A model generated the notes under the pieces. The model ran no database searches. It was not told where the DNA came from and saw only the letters and a program-made list of their open reading frames with translations. A DNA stretch of 64,000 nt from positions 1-64,000 of the IMG/VR virus record IMGVR_UViG_3300031992_000053. One strand, written 5' to 3'. A program made the translations under genes and the position numbers. The first letter of the stretch is position 1. Each line of letters starts with the position of its first letter. The stretch comes from a virus. Taxonomy: Duplodnaviria; Caudoviricetes. This document shows, one piece after another, positions 11,358 through 21,201 of the stretch.

Positions 11358-12376
11358 TATAGAAAAATCTCTTTTATTTGCTGGGCATTCGCAAGATGTT
11401 CAGCAATTTTTTTATACCCACCTTTCTCATATAACGATGATGGGTCTTCACCCTCTTCTACTGGTATGTACCTTACTTTCCCATATAAGTTTCCATGATT
11501 CAGTAGTTTATAAATCTCTTTGACTGATTGATATGCGTCAGCATCAAGGAAAATGTTGCAATTTGCATTACATTTGGATATAATATCCCAATATAGTTTA
11601 TAGTCTTTATTCAATGTTTTTCCTAGTAATGGTATTGAGTTTGGAACAACGATGTGGTCAAATGGACCTTCGACCAATGTAATGTCAGCATCCCATTGTA
11701 TTTTTTCCTCATTAAATATAATGGTTTTCTTTTCTACTTTCGGATTGTCATATTTTAGCCTCTGAGCGTATTTTTCTGACTTTGGCAGATAATCCCTACC
11801 AACCCAATAGTTAAGCTCTCCTAGGGCATTATATGATGGAATAATGATACGGAAAGACCCTTTTTTATTCTCTTCTTCTTTTTCAGTATATCCTATTTTA
11901 TATTTTTCGATTATATCCCATCCAATTCCTCTGTTTTGAAGATATTTCAACGCACCATAGTTATTTCTTTCATTTTCGTTGAAAAACTTAAAACTTGTTG
12001 GCAGCTTTAATACTTCCCTTTCGATAATCGTCCTATCAAAGTCAGAGAAATGTAATTTGTATAACTCGCTATCCTTTATTGAATGAATTACACTCGTATA
12101 TTCATCTAATAACTTTTCATTACCGAATAGCCTTATGAGTTTTTTTATCGAACCGTGCATAAGGTCATCACCCTCAGAACTACATTTCCAACATTGATAT
12201 ACCCCTCCTTTCGTAAAAGAGACCTCTAGATTGTATTTACGAGCCTCTTGGTGTCCGTATTTCTCAATACAATGAGGGCAAGGGAACTGATATTGCATCT
12301 GTCCCTCGCTGTATCCGTTCTTTGATTCGCCTAGAAATACCGTTAATATGTTGTATAGTTTTTCTAATTCGTGCAT
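11354..12376 (-). CDS. DNA primase (DnaG/T4 gp61-like)
   Basis: CPHC...CWKC zinc finger, YLQNRGI, RIIIP, KYDNP, TOPRIM VEGPFD and LDADA. Confidence 0.88.
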   Translation of the reverse strand: MHELEKLYNILTVFLGESKNGYSEGQMQYQFPCPHCIEKYGHQEARKYNLEVSFTKGGVYQCWKCSSEGDDLMHGSIKKLIRLFGNEKLLDEYTSVIHSIKDSELYKLHFSDFDRTIIEREVLKLPTSFKFFNENERNNYGALKYLQNRGIGWDIIEKYKIGYTEKEEENKKGSFRIIIPSYNALGELNYWVGRDYLPKSEKYAQRLKYDNPKVEKKTIIFNEEKIQWDADITLVEGPFDHIVVPNSIPLLGKTLNKDYKLYWDIISKCNANCNIFLDADAYQSVKEIYKLLNHGNLYGKVRYIPVEEGEDPSSLYEKGGYKKIAEHLANAQQIKEIFLY

Positions 12377-12394
12377 TATTGATATGTTTTGTTT

Positions 12395-12427
12395 GCAAAT
12401 ATATGTTAAATTATCGAGAAAAACAAA
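12395..12427 (-). promoter_or_regulatory. Bacteroidota sigmaA-type promoter for primase
   Basis: Minus strand reads TTTG-tttttctcgataatttaaca-TATATTTGC. Confidence 0.7.
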
Positions 12428-12465
12428 TATATCTAGATATTTATTTCTAAATTGGTTATATCAAT

Positions 12466-12834
12466 ATGGAAAAAAATATAATTAGACTAACAGAAAGTGA
12501 CTTACATAGAATTGTAAAAGAATCTGTACGTAAAATATTAGTTAATGAGGGTTTATTAAGCGGATTACTTGGTAAAAAGAAGGAAATATCAAGTCCACAA
12601 GTTGAAGAAGAGCCTAAAGACCATGTTTATTCAGTAAAAGAAATGCAGTGGCTATATGATAATCAAGGCAATTTATCTCCTATTGAGAGGAAAGTCTTAA
12701 GAGCAGGAATGTGGGTTAGAGCAATGCAAGCAAATTATCATGGTTATGCAAAAAATTGGCCTAACATTATTTTAAAAGATGGAGAAACCTTCTATTACGC
12801 TAAAGATGGAAGAGTTAGAAAAGTAGGAACATAA
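12466..12834 (+). CDS. IIRLTESDL-tag protein (putative internal head protein)
   Basis: N-terminal MEKNIIRLTESDLHRIVKESVRKILVNE. ATATTTAT at 12437-44. Confidence 0.6.
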   Translation: MEKNIIRLTESDLHRIVKESVRKILVNEGLLSGLLGKKKEISSPQVEEEPKDHVYSVKEMQWLYDNQGNLSPIERKVLRAGMWVRAMQANYHGYAKNWPNIILKDGETFYYAKDGRVRKVGT

Positions 12835-12853
12835 TGTTAAAATATGATAAATT

Positions 12854-13126
12854 ATGGAAAAGAAAACATTTAAAGATAGTGATATTTTAAAGGCTATGGC
12901 AGCGCAATTGGATGAAGATTCAGTTGTATTCGGTGCTAATGGTCACTATGCTGTTGGTGCATACTATGACATCACCAAGGTAAGCAGTGTATTCGGTGAC
13001 AAGGACTATAATAGCCAGAGCAATATAGATGACGCTAGTGGCACAACCGCAGCAGAGTTATATAGAACTGATAATAATGAGCTTCCTGAAGACTTACAGA
13101 AAGCCATTTGGTTAAAAGAGTTTTAA
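12854..13126 (+). CDS. hypothetical protein
   Basis: 90-aa ORF in operon. Confidence 0.55.
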   Translation: MEKKTFKDSDILKAMAAQLDEDSVVFGANGHYAVGAYYDITKVSSVFGDKDYNSQSNIDDASGTTAAELYRTDNNELPEDLQKAIWLKEF

Positions 13127-13130
13127 CGTT

Positions 13131-14627
13131 ATGAGAAGAATTGCAACATCTAATGAATTTTTCGACATATTGGATAGAATTGGTAATGGTAAATTCGTTA
13201 CCATTGGTTATGTGACTGGAGCTAACCTTAATGTCCCTACGGTCAAAAAGAAGAACCCATTAACGAATAGAATGAAAGGATACCCAGATTATAGTGTATT
13301 CACCAATGAAGGGGATGGAGAAATTGGTGCTTTAGTTAAAATCACTAGTTATAATATGCGTTATCTTAATAGACAGACCGTTGGTAAAAAATATGGCGAA
13401 TATAAAAACTCAGCAAATGCAATTAGAACTAATTTCGGTATAGACCCAATAGCAGATAGAGAAAGCTATAAGCAAGAAACGACTTGGAGTCCTAATGGTC
13501 CAGAATTATATAACGGAAAAAACAGTGACTTACAATCTCATTCATATAATCCACAAAATTTATATGGGGTTAAACCAAAAGGAATTGTATACGCTGTTGA
13601 TACAGATGGACATATAATGAAAGAATTGTCTCAAGAACAAATTAAACCATATTTAAAGGCTAAAAAAGAAGTAGATGGTGTTGCTGCTCTTAGAAAAATG
13701 GGTACTGAAGAAGAAAGAATTAATGACTATATTTCCCAGATTCAAAATTTAAAATTCAGTTATAAAAATTTTGAATCGAACTCAATTCTTTGGATAGCAG
13801 CAACTATCAATGGAGAAAAAATTGTTTACATTAATGATAACCTAGCAAGGGCTGTTGATGGTATTGATATAAGACCAGAAGATTTTAGGGCTATCGCAAG
13901 AAAAAGATACCAAATTGACTTGACTAATCTACAAGAAATGACAAGAAGAACTATGAACAAGCAAATTATTAGATTAACAGAATCAGATTTAAAACAAATG
14001 GTGGCTGAGTCATCCAAAAAAATATTATCTGAACTTGATTGGAAAACATATGCAAGTGCAGCTAGAAAAAATGATGAATTCAGAGCTAATAACCATCACA
14101 CAGCTCATCAATGGAACAGGTCTTACGATTTTAGGGACGCTGCCCATGATGCCTTTAACAAAAAATATGGCTTAGAAGGACAGTATGATAAAAGATATGG
14201 CGGTGACAAAGGTGCTATCAATTTAGACAGTATGGATGATTTTTCTATAAGTGGTTCACGTGACCATGATTTTGGTGATGGAGACCCACATGGATTAAGA
14301 CATAACGTTTATCATATGAGTAAAAAATATGGTAAAGATGGCGGTTATGGCAGAACAAGAATGTGGGATTATGCCCACGAAACAACCCCAGAGGAATTCT
14401 ATGGTGATAAAGATATGGGTAAAAAATTCCGTGATGCTGAGAAGGATGTTGAAGATTTTAATAGTGGTAAATCTCATTATGTAAATGGAAAAGGTTGGTC
14501 AAATGAATCTAAAGAAAATACTAAAATGAACAAGCAAATTATTAGATTAACGGAATCAGATTTACATAGACTTATTAAAGAATCTGTAAAAAACTATTTA
14601 AATGAGAAAGGTATTGGTGGAATGTAA
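13131..14627 (+). CDS. modular protein with two internal IIRLTESDL tags (putative processed head polyprotein)
   Basis: MNKQIIRLTESDL at 13953 and 14526. Confidence 0.6.
   Translation: MRRIATSNEFFDILDRIGNGKFVTIGYVTGANLNVPTVKKKNPLTNRMKGYPDYSVFTNEGDGEIGALVKITSYNMRYLNRQTVGKKYGEYKNSANAIRTNFGIDPIADRESYKQETTWSPNGPELYNGKNSDLQSHSYNPQNLYGVKPKGIVYAVDTDGHIMKELSQEQIKPYLKAKKEVDGVAALRKMGTEEERINDYISQIQNLKFSYKNFESNSILWIAATINGEKIVYINDNLARAVDGIDIRPEDFRAIARKRYQIDLTNLQEMTRRTMNKQIIRLTESDLKQMVAESSKKILSELDWKTYASAARKNDEFRANNHHTAHQWNRSYDFRDAAHDAFNKKYGLEGQYDKRYGGDKGAINLDSMDDFSISGSRDHDFGDGDPHGLRHNVYHMSKKYGKDGGYGRTRMWDYAHETTPEEFYGDKDMGKKFRDAEKDVEDFNSGKSHYVNGKGWSNESKENTKMNKQIIRLTESDLHRLIKESVKNYLNEKGIGGM
13953..14564 (+). 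repeat. 39-nt direct repeat pair (13953-13991, 14526-14564)
   Basis: atgaacaagcaaattattagattaac[a/g]gaatcagattta, 38/39 identical. Confidence 0.9.
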
Positions 14628-14654
14628 TGGTGCTATGAGCAGTTGCTATATATT

Positions 14655-14692
14655 AAAAAAAAGCGAGATTCAATCAAGAGTCTCGCTTTTTA
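14655..14692. terminator. bidirectional intrinsic terminator
   Basis: AAAAAGCGAGATTC..GAGTCTCGCTTTTT between convergent genes. Confidence 0.8.
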
Positions 14693-14695
14693 TGT

Positions 14696-15469
14696 TCAAT
14701 AGTTAATATAAGTTTTTCTTTCTTCAGTTTTATTCCAATATTTCACGTTATATAAAATTTCCCTAGTTCCTTTTCCATCATTGGACTCTCCAATGATTTC
14801 GCTCGAAAATTTAAGTTCACCAAATCTTTGTTTGTTTAGATAACCTAATACTGCAACATATGCGTCGCAAGCATCAAAGTTCTCTTTTTTTAGTTCTCCC
14901 TTTTTATTATATAGCCAGTCTATGTTTGGGAATAATTCTGATACTTTACCTTGAATTACTGTTTTTTTATCAATTGTCCAAGGGTATCCTCCAAATAGCA
15001 CTAATTTACAGTCTTTAATTTCTTTATGAATTTTGGAAAATTCATATTGTTTTTCATCCTTTCCATATTTTCTTATAGACATTAGTTCTGGAAAACTATA
15101 TTCCCTAGCATCATATGAAGAAATATACTGTGGAACAATGCCAAGTGTATTATATACGCAATCAGAAACCATTCCATTAAACCTTAATAAAGTAGATACG
15201 GTATTTACATTGTTTGACCTTAAAAGTGGTTCTTCAATTATGACCTCATCTATACCAAAATCTTTATATTTTATTAAAAACTCTTCAAAGATTTTTTTCT
15301 TCAAGAATAATTGCTCAATCCCCTTAATCTTAGAAGAAACTTTAGGGTTTATGTGCGTTAATTCCGCTATTTTACCATAATCTGAGCCATCATCAATTAA
15401 TATGCAGATACCAATACATGCGGTACTGACATCAAGCCCTAGTGCTATTTTGTTTCCGTTCTTATCCAT
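14696..15469 (-). CDS. RuvC-like Holliday junction resolvase / RNase H-fold nuclease
   Basis: LGLDVSTACIG, IIEEP, DKK, FDACDA acidic catalytic pattern. Confidence 0.75.
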   Translation of the reverse strand: MDKNGNKIALGLDVSTACIGICILIDDGSDYGKIAELTHINPKVSSKIKGIEQLFLKKKIFEEFLIKYKDFGIDEVIIEEPLLRSNNVNTVSTLLRFNGMVSDCVYNTLGIVPQYISSYDAREYSFPELMSIRKYGKDEKQYEFSKIHKEIKDCKLVLFGGYPWTIDKKTVIQGKVSELFPNIDWLYNKKGELKKENFDACDAYVAVLGYLNKQRFGELKFSSEIIGESNDGKGTREILYNVKYWNKTEERKTYINY

Positions 15470-15546
15470 AGTATATTAAATAATATTAATTATTATTATA
15501 AATTATATATAATATTATTATAAATTTAAATAATTTTAACAATTTA

Positions 15547-15580
15547 TTTGGTTTTATAACATTTTTTTTATATCTTTGCA
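15547..15580 (+). promoter_or_regulatory. Bacteroidota sigmaA-type promoter
   Basis: TTTG-N~19-TATCTTTGCA upstream of the 15593 operon. Confidence 0.7.
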
Positions 15581-15592
15581 AAAAGATGTTAA

Positions 15593-15946
15593 ATGGGTAG
15601 ATTATATATTAACACTACACTAGAGAAATCTATAAGGTCTTACTGTGACTTAAACGGAATAGAAGACATTAACGCATTTGCAAATCGTTGCGTAATGCAA
15701 GGATTCAGTATAATTAAATTTGGAATGTCGCCAAAAGACAACATAGAAAGAGAAAATAACGGAATCAAAGATATTAAGAAAAATACACCACGAAAGGAAA
15801 AAGAAGACGCTCCTAGGCAAGATGTTGGAGAACAGACAGAGCAAAAACAAACTAGAAGCCAAACAGACGAAAAAGAAGTCAAGCCAACTGAAGAAAGAAA
15901 AGAAAATGTCACAGTAAGAAAAATACGAATCATCAAAAAACAATAA
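15593..15946 (+). CDS. hypothetical protein
   Basis: 117-aa ORF with a charged low-complexity tail. Confidence 0.55.
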   Translation: MGRLYINTTLEKSIRSYCDLNGIEDINAFANRCVMQGFSIIKFGMSPKDNIERENNGIKDIKKNTPRKEKEDAPRQDVGEQTEQKQTRSQTDEKEVKPTEERKENVTVRKIRIIKKQ

Positions 15947-15947
15947 T

Positions 15948-18320
15948 ATGATTGACGTTAAAAATAAATCAAAAGTAAATATACACTGGAAGGTTTCTCC
16001 TTATGACTATTCTAAGGAGAAACTTAATTCGTTGATTGCCAAAGCAAGTAAAAAATATGGGTTAACAAAAGATAGGATAAAGGTTATACCAGAATTCATT
16101 ATGAATGATGGTGGTGATGGAGAGATTTCATTAGCAACGGATATTATCCAGAACATACAAGACCCACAGTTTCAGTTGAAATTGTTTCAAGATTATCTTA
16201 ACTTAAACAAAATCACTGATTATGATTTTGAATTAATAAAAAAAATAGATTCTGAAATAAATGCAAACATTGATTACCAAGTTTACGATAAGTATAGGAG
16301 ATATTCTATCAAGTGGATACGATGGGATAATTTTCTCAGTTATGGAGCCAGCAACTATTTCGATTTTACAAATATTAAACATCTTGTTTTGTTGAGTGGT
16401 GAACCAGCAAATCAGAGTGGTAAAACTACTTTTGCCATAGATTTGTTGCATTTTTTATTGTTTGGTAGCACCAATAGGTTTAAAACACAAGATAAACTGT
16501 TTAACAAACACATTCCAGAAGCAGTAAATGTTGTAGTAGAAGGTTGCATCAACATTGATGGGGTTGATTACGTAATCAAGAGAACATTATCTAGACCATC
16601 TTTGGAGAAAAGAACGTCAAAGAGTAAAACTACTCAAAAGGTTGAGTATTACAAGATTATAGGCGGTAATAAGCAAGAATTGGAGGATTATGTTGACAAC
16701 CAGCAAGAAGAAAACAGCATCCAAACAAATAAAGCAATTAAAGAGGCAATAGGTAAGGAAAGCGATTTTGACCTAATAATTTCTGTTACCGAATCCACTC
16801 TTGACGAACTTATTGACAAGAAAGAAGCAGAGAGAGGTAGGCTTCTTTCACGATGGATAGGTCTTTTACCAATTGAGGAAAAAGATTCATTAGCAAGGGA
16901 GAAATTCAATTCTGAGGTTAAGTCTAAATTGGTCTCTAATCAGTTTGACGAAGAGACATTAAGGCAAGAAATAAGCGCATACGAACTCAATATCAAAACA
17001 TTAGCAACTGAAAACAAAAAATATATCAAAGCCAATCTAGACCTAGAAAAAGAGATACAAAATCTAGAAAACAGTAAATCAGTATTATTGTCATCTAAAA
17101 GACAAATAGATGAAACCTTGTTAAAGATAGATATTACAACGCTTAACGCAAAGATAGTAAGGAATATCGAAGACGGAAAGAAAAAAGCAGAAGAAATTGA
17201 GTATATTGATAAAGAAATTAAATCAATTGGCGAAGTGGAGTTTTCCGTTGAGAAATATGACAATGCGATACAAGAGCTATCTTCTTTGAGAGAAAAAAGA
17301 GGAAGTTTGCTTGAAAAACACAATACTGTGAAACACAACCTAGAGCATTTAAAAGGTAGTGAATATTGCCCAGTATGTAAAAGGAAACTAGACAATGTGG
17401 ACAACTCTGCCCAAATAAAAGAAACAGAATGCCAACTCAAGAAAATTATTGAAGAAGGAACTGAAATAGGCAAGAAGATAACTGAGTTGGAAAAATCCAT
17501 AGCGTCAATGAAAACTAGTAGAGAACTCTATAACAAGAAGTCGCAGTTATCTGTTAAGAAATCTGCATTAGAGGTAAACGTTGAACGTCTAAGAAATGAA
17601 TATAAGGAAAACAGAACCTTGAAAAAGGAGTATGAAAAGAATAGCGAAGCCATTGATAAGAATAATGAGATAGACATCCAGATTAGAAATACTGACGTAA
17701 TTTTGCGTGATAAAAGGAATACAAGAGAGGCAAATTCCGCATTAGTTGCGAAAAATGAATCTGAGATTAAGATGCAAAGAGAACAGATTGAAACTAGGAA
17801 GAAAATCATCAACAAGATAAAAGAAGAAGAGGTTCTTGTTAAAAACTGGAAGATTTATCTTGAACTAGTTGGTAAAAATGGAATTACTAAAATGGTTCTT
17901 AGAAAAACGCTTCCAATCATTAACGCAAGGTTAGCGCAATTGTTAGGCGATGTGTGCGATTTTGATGTGGAGGTAGGAATAAACCTTAAGAATGAGGTTA
18001 TGTTCTATTTAATTAAAGATGGGGTATATTCTGACCTATATAGTGGAAGTGGCTTTGAGAGAACAGCAGCAGCATTAGCATTAAGGGCTGTATTAGCAGA
18101 TATGTCAACAATACCTCGTGCCAATTTTTGTGTTTATGATGAAGTGCTTGGTCGTGTGGCAAAAGAAAACTATGACAATATAAAGCATTTAATTGAAAAA
18201 ATACTTACTGGTTATGATTTCATCATTAATATAACACATTTGGATGATTTTAAGGATTTCTGCGATTATCATATTACAGTGTCTAAAGAAAATAATGTTT
18301 CAAAGATTTCTTTGAAATAA
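15948..18320 (+). CDS. SbcC/Rad50/T4 gp46-like SMC ATPase
   Basis: Walker A NQSGKTT, long coiled coil, CPVC zinc hook, signature SGSGFE, Walker B VYDE, H-loop ITH. Confidence 0.9.
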   Translation: MIDVKNKSKVNIHWKVSPYDYSKEKLNSLIAKASKKYGLTKDRIKVIPEFIMNDGGDGEISLATDIIQNIQDPQFQLKLFQDYLNLNKITDYDFELIKKIDSEINANIDYQVYDKYRRYSIKWIRWDNFLSYGASNYFDFTNIKHLVLLSGEPANQSGKTTFAIDLLHFLLFGSTNRFKTQDKLFNKHIPEAVNVVVEGCINIDGVDYVIKRTLSRPSLEKRTSKSKTTQKVEYYKIIGGNKQELEDYVDNQQEENSIQTNKAIKEAIGKESDFDLIISVTESTLDELIDKKEAERGRLLSRWIGLLPIEEKDSLAREKFNSEVKSKLVSNQFDEETLRQEISAYELNIKTLATENKKYIKANLDLEKEIQNLENSKSVLLSSKRQIDETLLKIDITTLNAKIVRNIEDGKKKAEEIEYIDKEIKSIGEVEFSVEKYDNAIQELSSLREKRGSLLEKHNTVKHNLEHLKGSEYCPVCKRKLDNVDNSAQIKETECQLKKIIEEGTEIGKKITELEKSIASMKTSRELYNKKSQLSVKKSALEVNVERLRNEYKENRTLKKEYEKNSEAIDKNNEIDIQIRNTDVILRDKRNTREANSALVAKNESEIKMQREQIETRKKIINKIKEEEVLVKNWKIYLELVGKNGITKMVLRKTLPIINARLAQLLGDVCDFDVEVGINLKNEVMFYLIKDGVYSDLYSGSGFERTAAALALRAVLADMSTIPRANFCVYDEVLGRVAKENYDNIKHLIEKILTGYDFIINITHLDDFKDFCDYHITVSKENNVSKISLK

Positions 18321-18324
18321 TTTA

Positions 18325-19062
18325 ATGTACCAATTCAATATGAACCAATATGCAAATGATTTTAATGATACCGTTAGAGTTTATTATGACGATTTGAAAA
18401 AATATAAACCCCTTACTAGAGCAAAAGAGAAAAGACTTTTAAAAAAATGTAAAAAAGGTAATTTAAAAGCTAAAAATGAGATTATAGAGTCCAACTTGAG
18501 ATTTGTATTTGATATTGCAAAACGTTATACTGGACGAGGGGTTTCAATCTCTGAACTAATATCAGATGGGAATATGGGCTTACTTAGGGCAATTGATAAG
18601 TTCGATGAAACTAAAGATGTTAAATTTATTTCATATGCCGTATGGTGGATTAGACAAGCCATGTTAGAATCAATCAAGAAAAAGAATCTGTTGAGTTTTG
18701 TTGAAATGAAACCAGATGAGGATAATGAAACGTCATTAGATAAAAAACTTATTGAAGATGAGGAAGATGATGTACAAACAAAAGACACCTTTTCAGACGA
18801 AATAGAAGTAAAGTCTAGAGAAATAAATGAGAATCAGAGAATCGTTATTTCAGATTTAATTAGTTCCTTATCATACAGAGAACGAGACATTCTTGAGAAT
18901 TATTACGGGCTAAACGATAGGAAAGAACTAACTCTTACCGATATAGGTAAAAAATATGGACTTAGTAGTGAAAGGGTTAGGCAAGTAAAGTTAAAAGCGT
19001 TGAGAAAACTCCGCTCAAAAATACTATTGTGTGATGATAAAATCGAAGATTTGTTTATTTAG
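18325..19062 (+). CDS. phage sigma70-family RNA polymerase sigma factor
   Basis: NLRFVFDIAKRY, GNMGLLRAIDKFD, KFISYAVWWIRQ, region 4 LSSERVRQ. Confidence 0.92.
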   Translation: MYQFNMNQYANDFNDTVRVYYDDLKKYKPLTRAKEKRLLKKCKKGNLKAKNEIIESNLRFVFDIAKRYTGRGVSISELISDGNMGLLRAIDKFDETKDVKFISYAVWWIRQAMLESIKKKNLLSFVEMKPDEDNETSLDKKLIEDEEDDVQTKDTFSDEIEVKSREINENQRIVISDLISSLSYRERDILENYYGLNDRKELTLTDIGKKYGLSSERVRQVKLKALRKLRSKILLCDDKIEDLFI

Positions 19063-19094
19063 TAATATTTATATAAAATAAAAGTTATAACAAT

Positions 19095-19526
19095 ATGGCA
19101 AAAAAAGAAATCGTAAAAAAAAGTACAGCCAAAAAAACAACAAAAAAAGTTGCAACTAAAAAGGTTGAAAAAACAGAAGAAGCGGCAATAATTGAACCAG
19201 TACATAGTGAGGAAATAGTTGATGTAAAAGCCCCTGAATTGAATTATGAGGATTTATATAAGGAGTCTGATAAGTCAGTTGTAGTGGAGAATGAGCTAGA
19301 AGATGATAAGGTGTTTCAAGAGCAAGTAATGAGACACGTTGCTAGTGAGATATTGGTGGAAAAAAACAACAATATAGACGAACTACTCGCCATGAACGAA
19401 GAGGAAAAGGTTGAGAAAGCTAAAGAAAAGATTACAGAAATTAAAAAAGTAAATAATGAAAGGGTCAATCAAAGAATAGATAATTTATTTGGTTATCTCT
19501 GGAATGGTCAAGAAATGGATTACTAA
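19095..19526 (+). CDS. hypothetical protein with Lys/Ala/Thr-rich N-terminus
   Basis: 143-aa ORF. ATATTTAT at 19065-72. Confidence 0.55.
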   Translation: MAKKEIVKKSTAKKTTKKVATKKVEKTEEAAIIEPVHSEEIVDVKAPELNYEDLYKESDKSVVVENELEDDKVFQEQVMRHVASEILVEKNNNIDELLAMNEEEKVEKAKEKITEIKKVNNERVNQRIDNLFGYLWNGQEMDY

Positions 19527-19527
19527 T

Positions 19528-20103
19528 ATGGCAAGTGAAATGAGTATTACAAAGAAGATGCTGGCGACTCTTAGAGAAGGTAGATACACTAAAGAGGTAG
19601 AGGCATCTAAGGTGTTTGTTAATGAGAAGAAAGAGAATGATAATTTCATTACAAGGTCAAAAATTCTAATGGAAGAGGCGATAAATGATAAAAAAAAAGT
19701 CTTGACAGAGGAAGAGAAAATAGATGATGACCATAAAAAGACTTTCGACATCAATAAGAACACACCTCAGTTTGGTGATGTGAGGACATCACAAGAAGAG
19801 GCAATTAGAAAAGCGATAAATGACAATGTGACATTCGAATCAAACGCTTTGAAGTATTATCCAGATGCCAATGATATGACGTTGGATGGTAAAATCCCAA
19901 CATTGAACCTCACATTCCAATTCCGTTATTCAGACCCATCTGGTGATGGCTGTTATGTATGGTGTGATGCAACACAGTTAACAGAGTCTAATGCAAGACT
20001 ATTAGGTAAAATTAGGGATGCATTCGGAAACTGGAAAGACTCAATCACACAAGATGGTGATTTAATGGAGAAACTTAAAAAAGCGGCAAATGATAATGAT
20101 TAA
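19528..20103 (+). CDS. hypothetical protein
   Basis: ATG at 19528, 1 nt after the previous stop. Several (L/V/I)-x-E sites in the N-terminal part. Confidence 0.55.
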   Translation: MASEMSITKKMLATLREGRYTKEVEASKVFVNEKKENDNFITRSKILMEEAINDKKKVLTEEEKIDDDHKKTFDINKNTPQFGDVRTSQEEAIRKAINDNVTFESNALKYYPDANDMTLDGKIPTLNLTFQFRYSDPSGDGCYVWCDATQLTESNARLLGKIRDAFGNWKDSITQDGDLMEKLKKAANDND

Positions 20104-20109
20104 AATATG

Positions 20110-20140
20110 AAATGCAGTCAGAAATGGCTGCATTTTTTTG
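20110..20140 (+). terminator. intrinsic terminator
   Basis: AAATGCAGTCA-gaaa-TGGCTGCATTTTTTT. Confidence 0.8.
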
Positions 20141-20173
20141 TTTACAAACTATTTATAATAAAAAATAAGTATT

Positions 20174-20383
20174 ATGATTTCAGATGATAGGATTAAGCAA
20201 ATAATAAATGAGGAAATTAGCAAGACTGATGTGGAGTCAATTGTTTCTCGCAAACTTTCTTCCTCTTACGACTCAAGGGATTTTAAAAAAGCCGTAAAGG
20301 AGGTTACTGCTGATGTTATTGAGGATTTGTTTAGAACTCTTTGGAATCGTAGCAGCACATGGAGAGGGGGAGTTACAAGATGA
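20174..20383 (+). CDS. small hypothetical protein (degenerate tag IKQIINEE)
   Basis: 69-aa ORF with CTATTTAT upstream. Confidence 0.55.
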   Translation: MISDDRIKQIINEEISKTDVESIVSRKLSSSYDSRDFKKAVKEVTADVIEDLFRTLWNRSSTWRGGVTR

Positions 20384-20727
20384 AGTTAATACATTTGAGC
20401 GAATCTAGATTTAACACGATTCTTGGAGAGAAAAAAGAATTGCCTTTCCAGACATTTTATGAAGAGGTATTGAAATTTATAAAGGGATTGCTAAATGACC
20501 CCATCGGAACTAAGCCTAGCGAAATATTAAGGGAATATGGGCTGCATAATGGAATGCTGAGAAAGAAATTGCTAGATTTCAATGTTATTACCAAGGAAGA
20601 AGATATAAGAGAGCCTTATGATGAAACTGATGGCAATCAAACATCAAGATATTATGTTAAATACAGTGTTCCTAGGGAGAATTTCAAGGATAAGCTAAGA
20701 AAACTACATACAAGTTTATATCAATAA
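20380..20727 (+). CDS. hypothetical protein with degenerate tag (MKLIHLSESRFNTILGE)
   Basis: ATGA overlap with the previous gene supports a start at 20380. Confidence 0.55.
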   Translation: MKLIHLSESRFNTILGEKKELPFQTFYEEVLKFIKGLLNDPIGTKPSEILREYGLHNGMLRKKLLDFNVITKEEDIREPYDETDGNQTSRYYVKYSVPRENFKDKLRKLHTSLYQ

Positions 20728-20754
20728 TAATGATAAAGTAAAAAAATAGAAAAA

Positions 20755-20907
20755 ATGAAACAAAAGATTAGAACTCTTGATTTTTATGGATATGATGATG
20801 GTTGTATAACCAAGGAAGGTACTAATTTCATAATGAACCCAGATAATAGTGGTGCTACAATTTCTAAAAATGCGGAATATAATGTAGTTAACAGAATAGG
20901 AAAATGA
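20755..20907 (+). CDS. small hypothetical protein (50 aa)
   Basis: MKQKIRTLDFYG... ORF with ATGA overlap into the next gene. Not in ORF track. Confidence 0.5.
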   Translation: MKQKIRTLDFYGYDDGCITKEGTNFIMNPDNSGATISKNAEYNVVNRIGK

Positions 20908-21173
20908 AAAATATCATCAAATTAACAGAGCAAGACCTTCGAGGTATTGTTGAAAATACAGTCAAAAAGGTTTTAAAAGAGGCTGAAAATGGAGGATGGG
21001 TTGTTGATTCTTCAGAAGCCCAAGAAGCTTATAATTTAGCTGTTCAAGAAATGGGCGAGGAAACTATTAATAGTGCTATTGTAAGATGTTTAGGTGATGA
21101 AACATTAGCCCAGTGCCTTGCATATATTTTCAGACAATATGATTTCAGGCAGTGGAAAAGCAAATATGAATAA
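20904..21173 (+). CDS. IIRLTESDL-tag protein
   Basis: MKNIIKLTEQDLRGIVENTVKKVLKE. Confidence 0.6.
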   Translation: MKNIIKLTEQDLRGIVENTVKKVLKEAENGGWVVDSSEAQEAYNLAVQEMGEETINSAIVRCLGDETLAQCLAYIFRQYDFRQWKSKYE

Positions 21174-21201
21174 TAATTAAAATATAAAACGTTTTATATA
21201 A

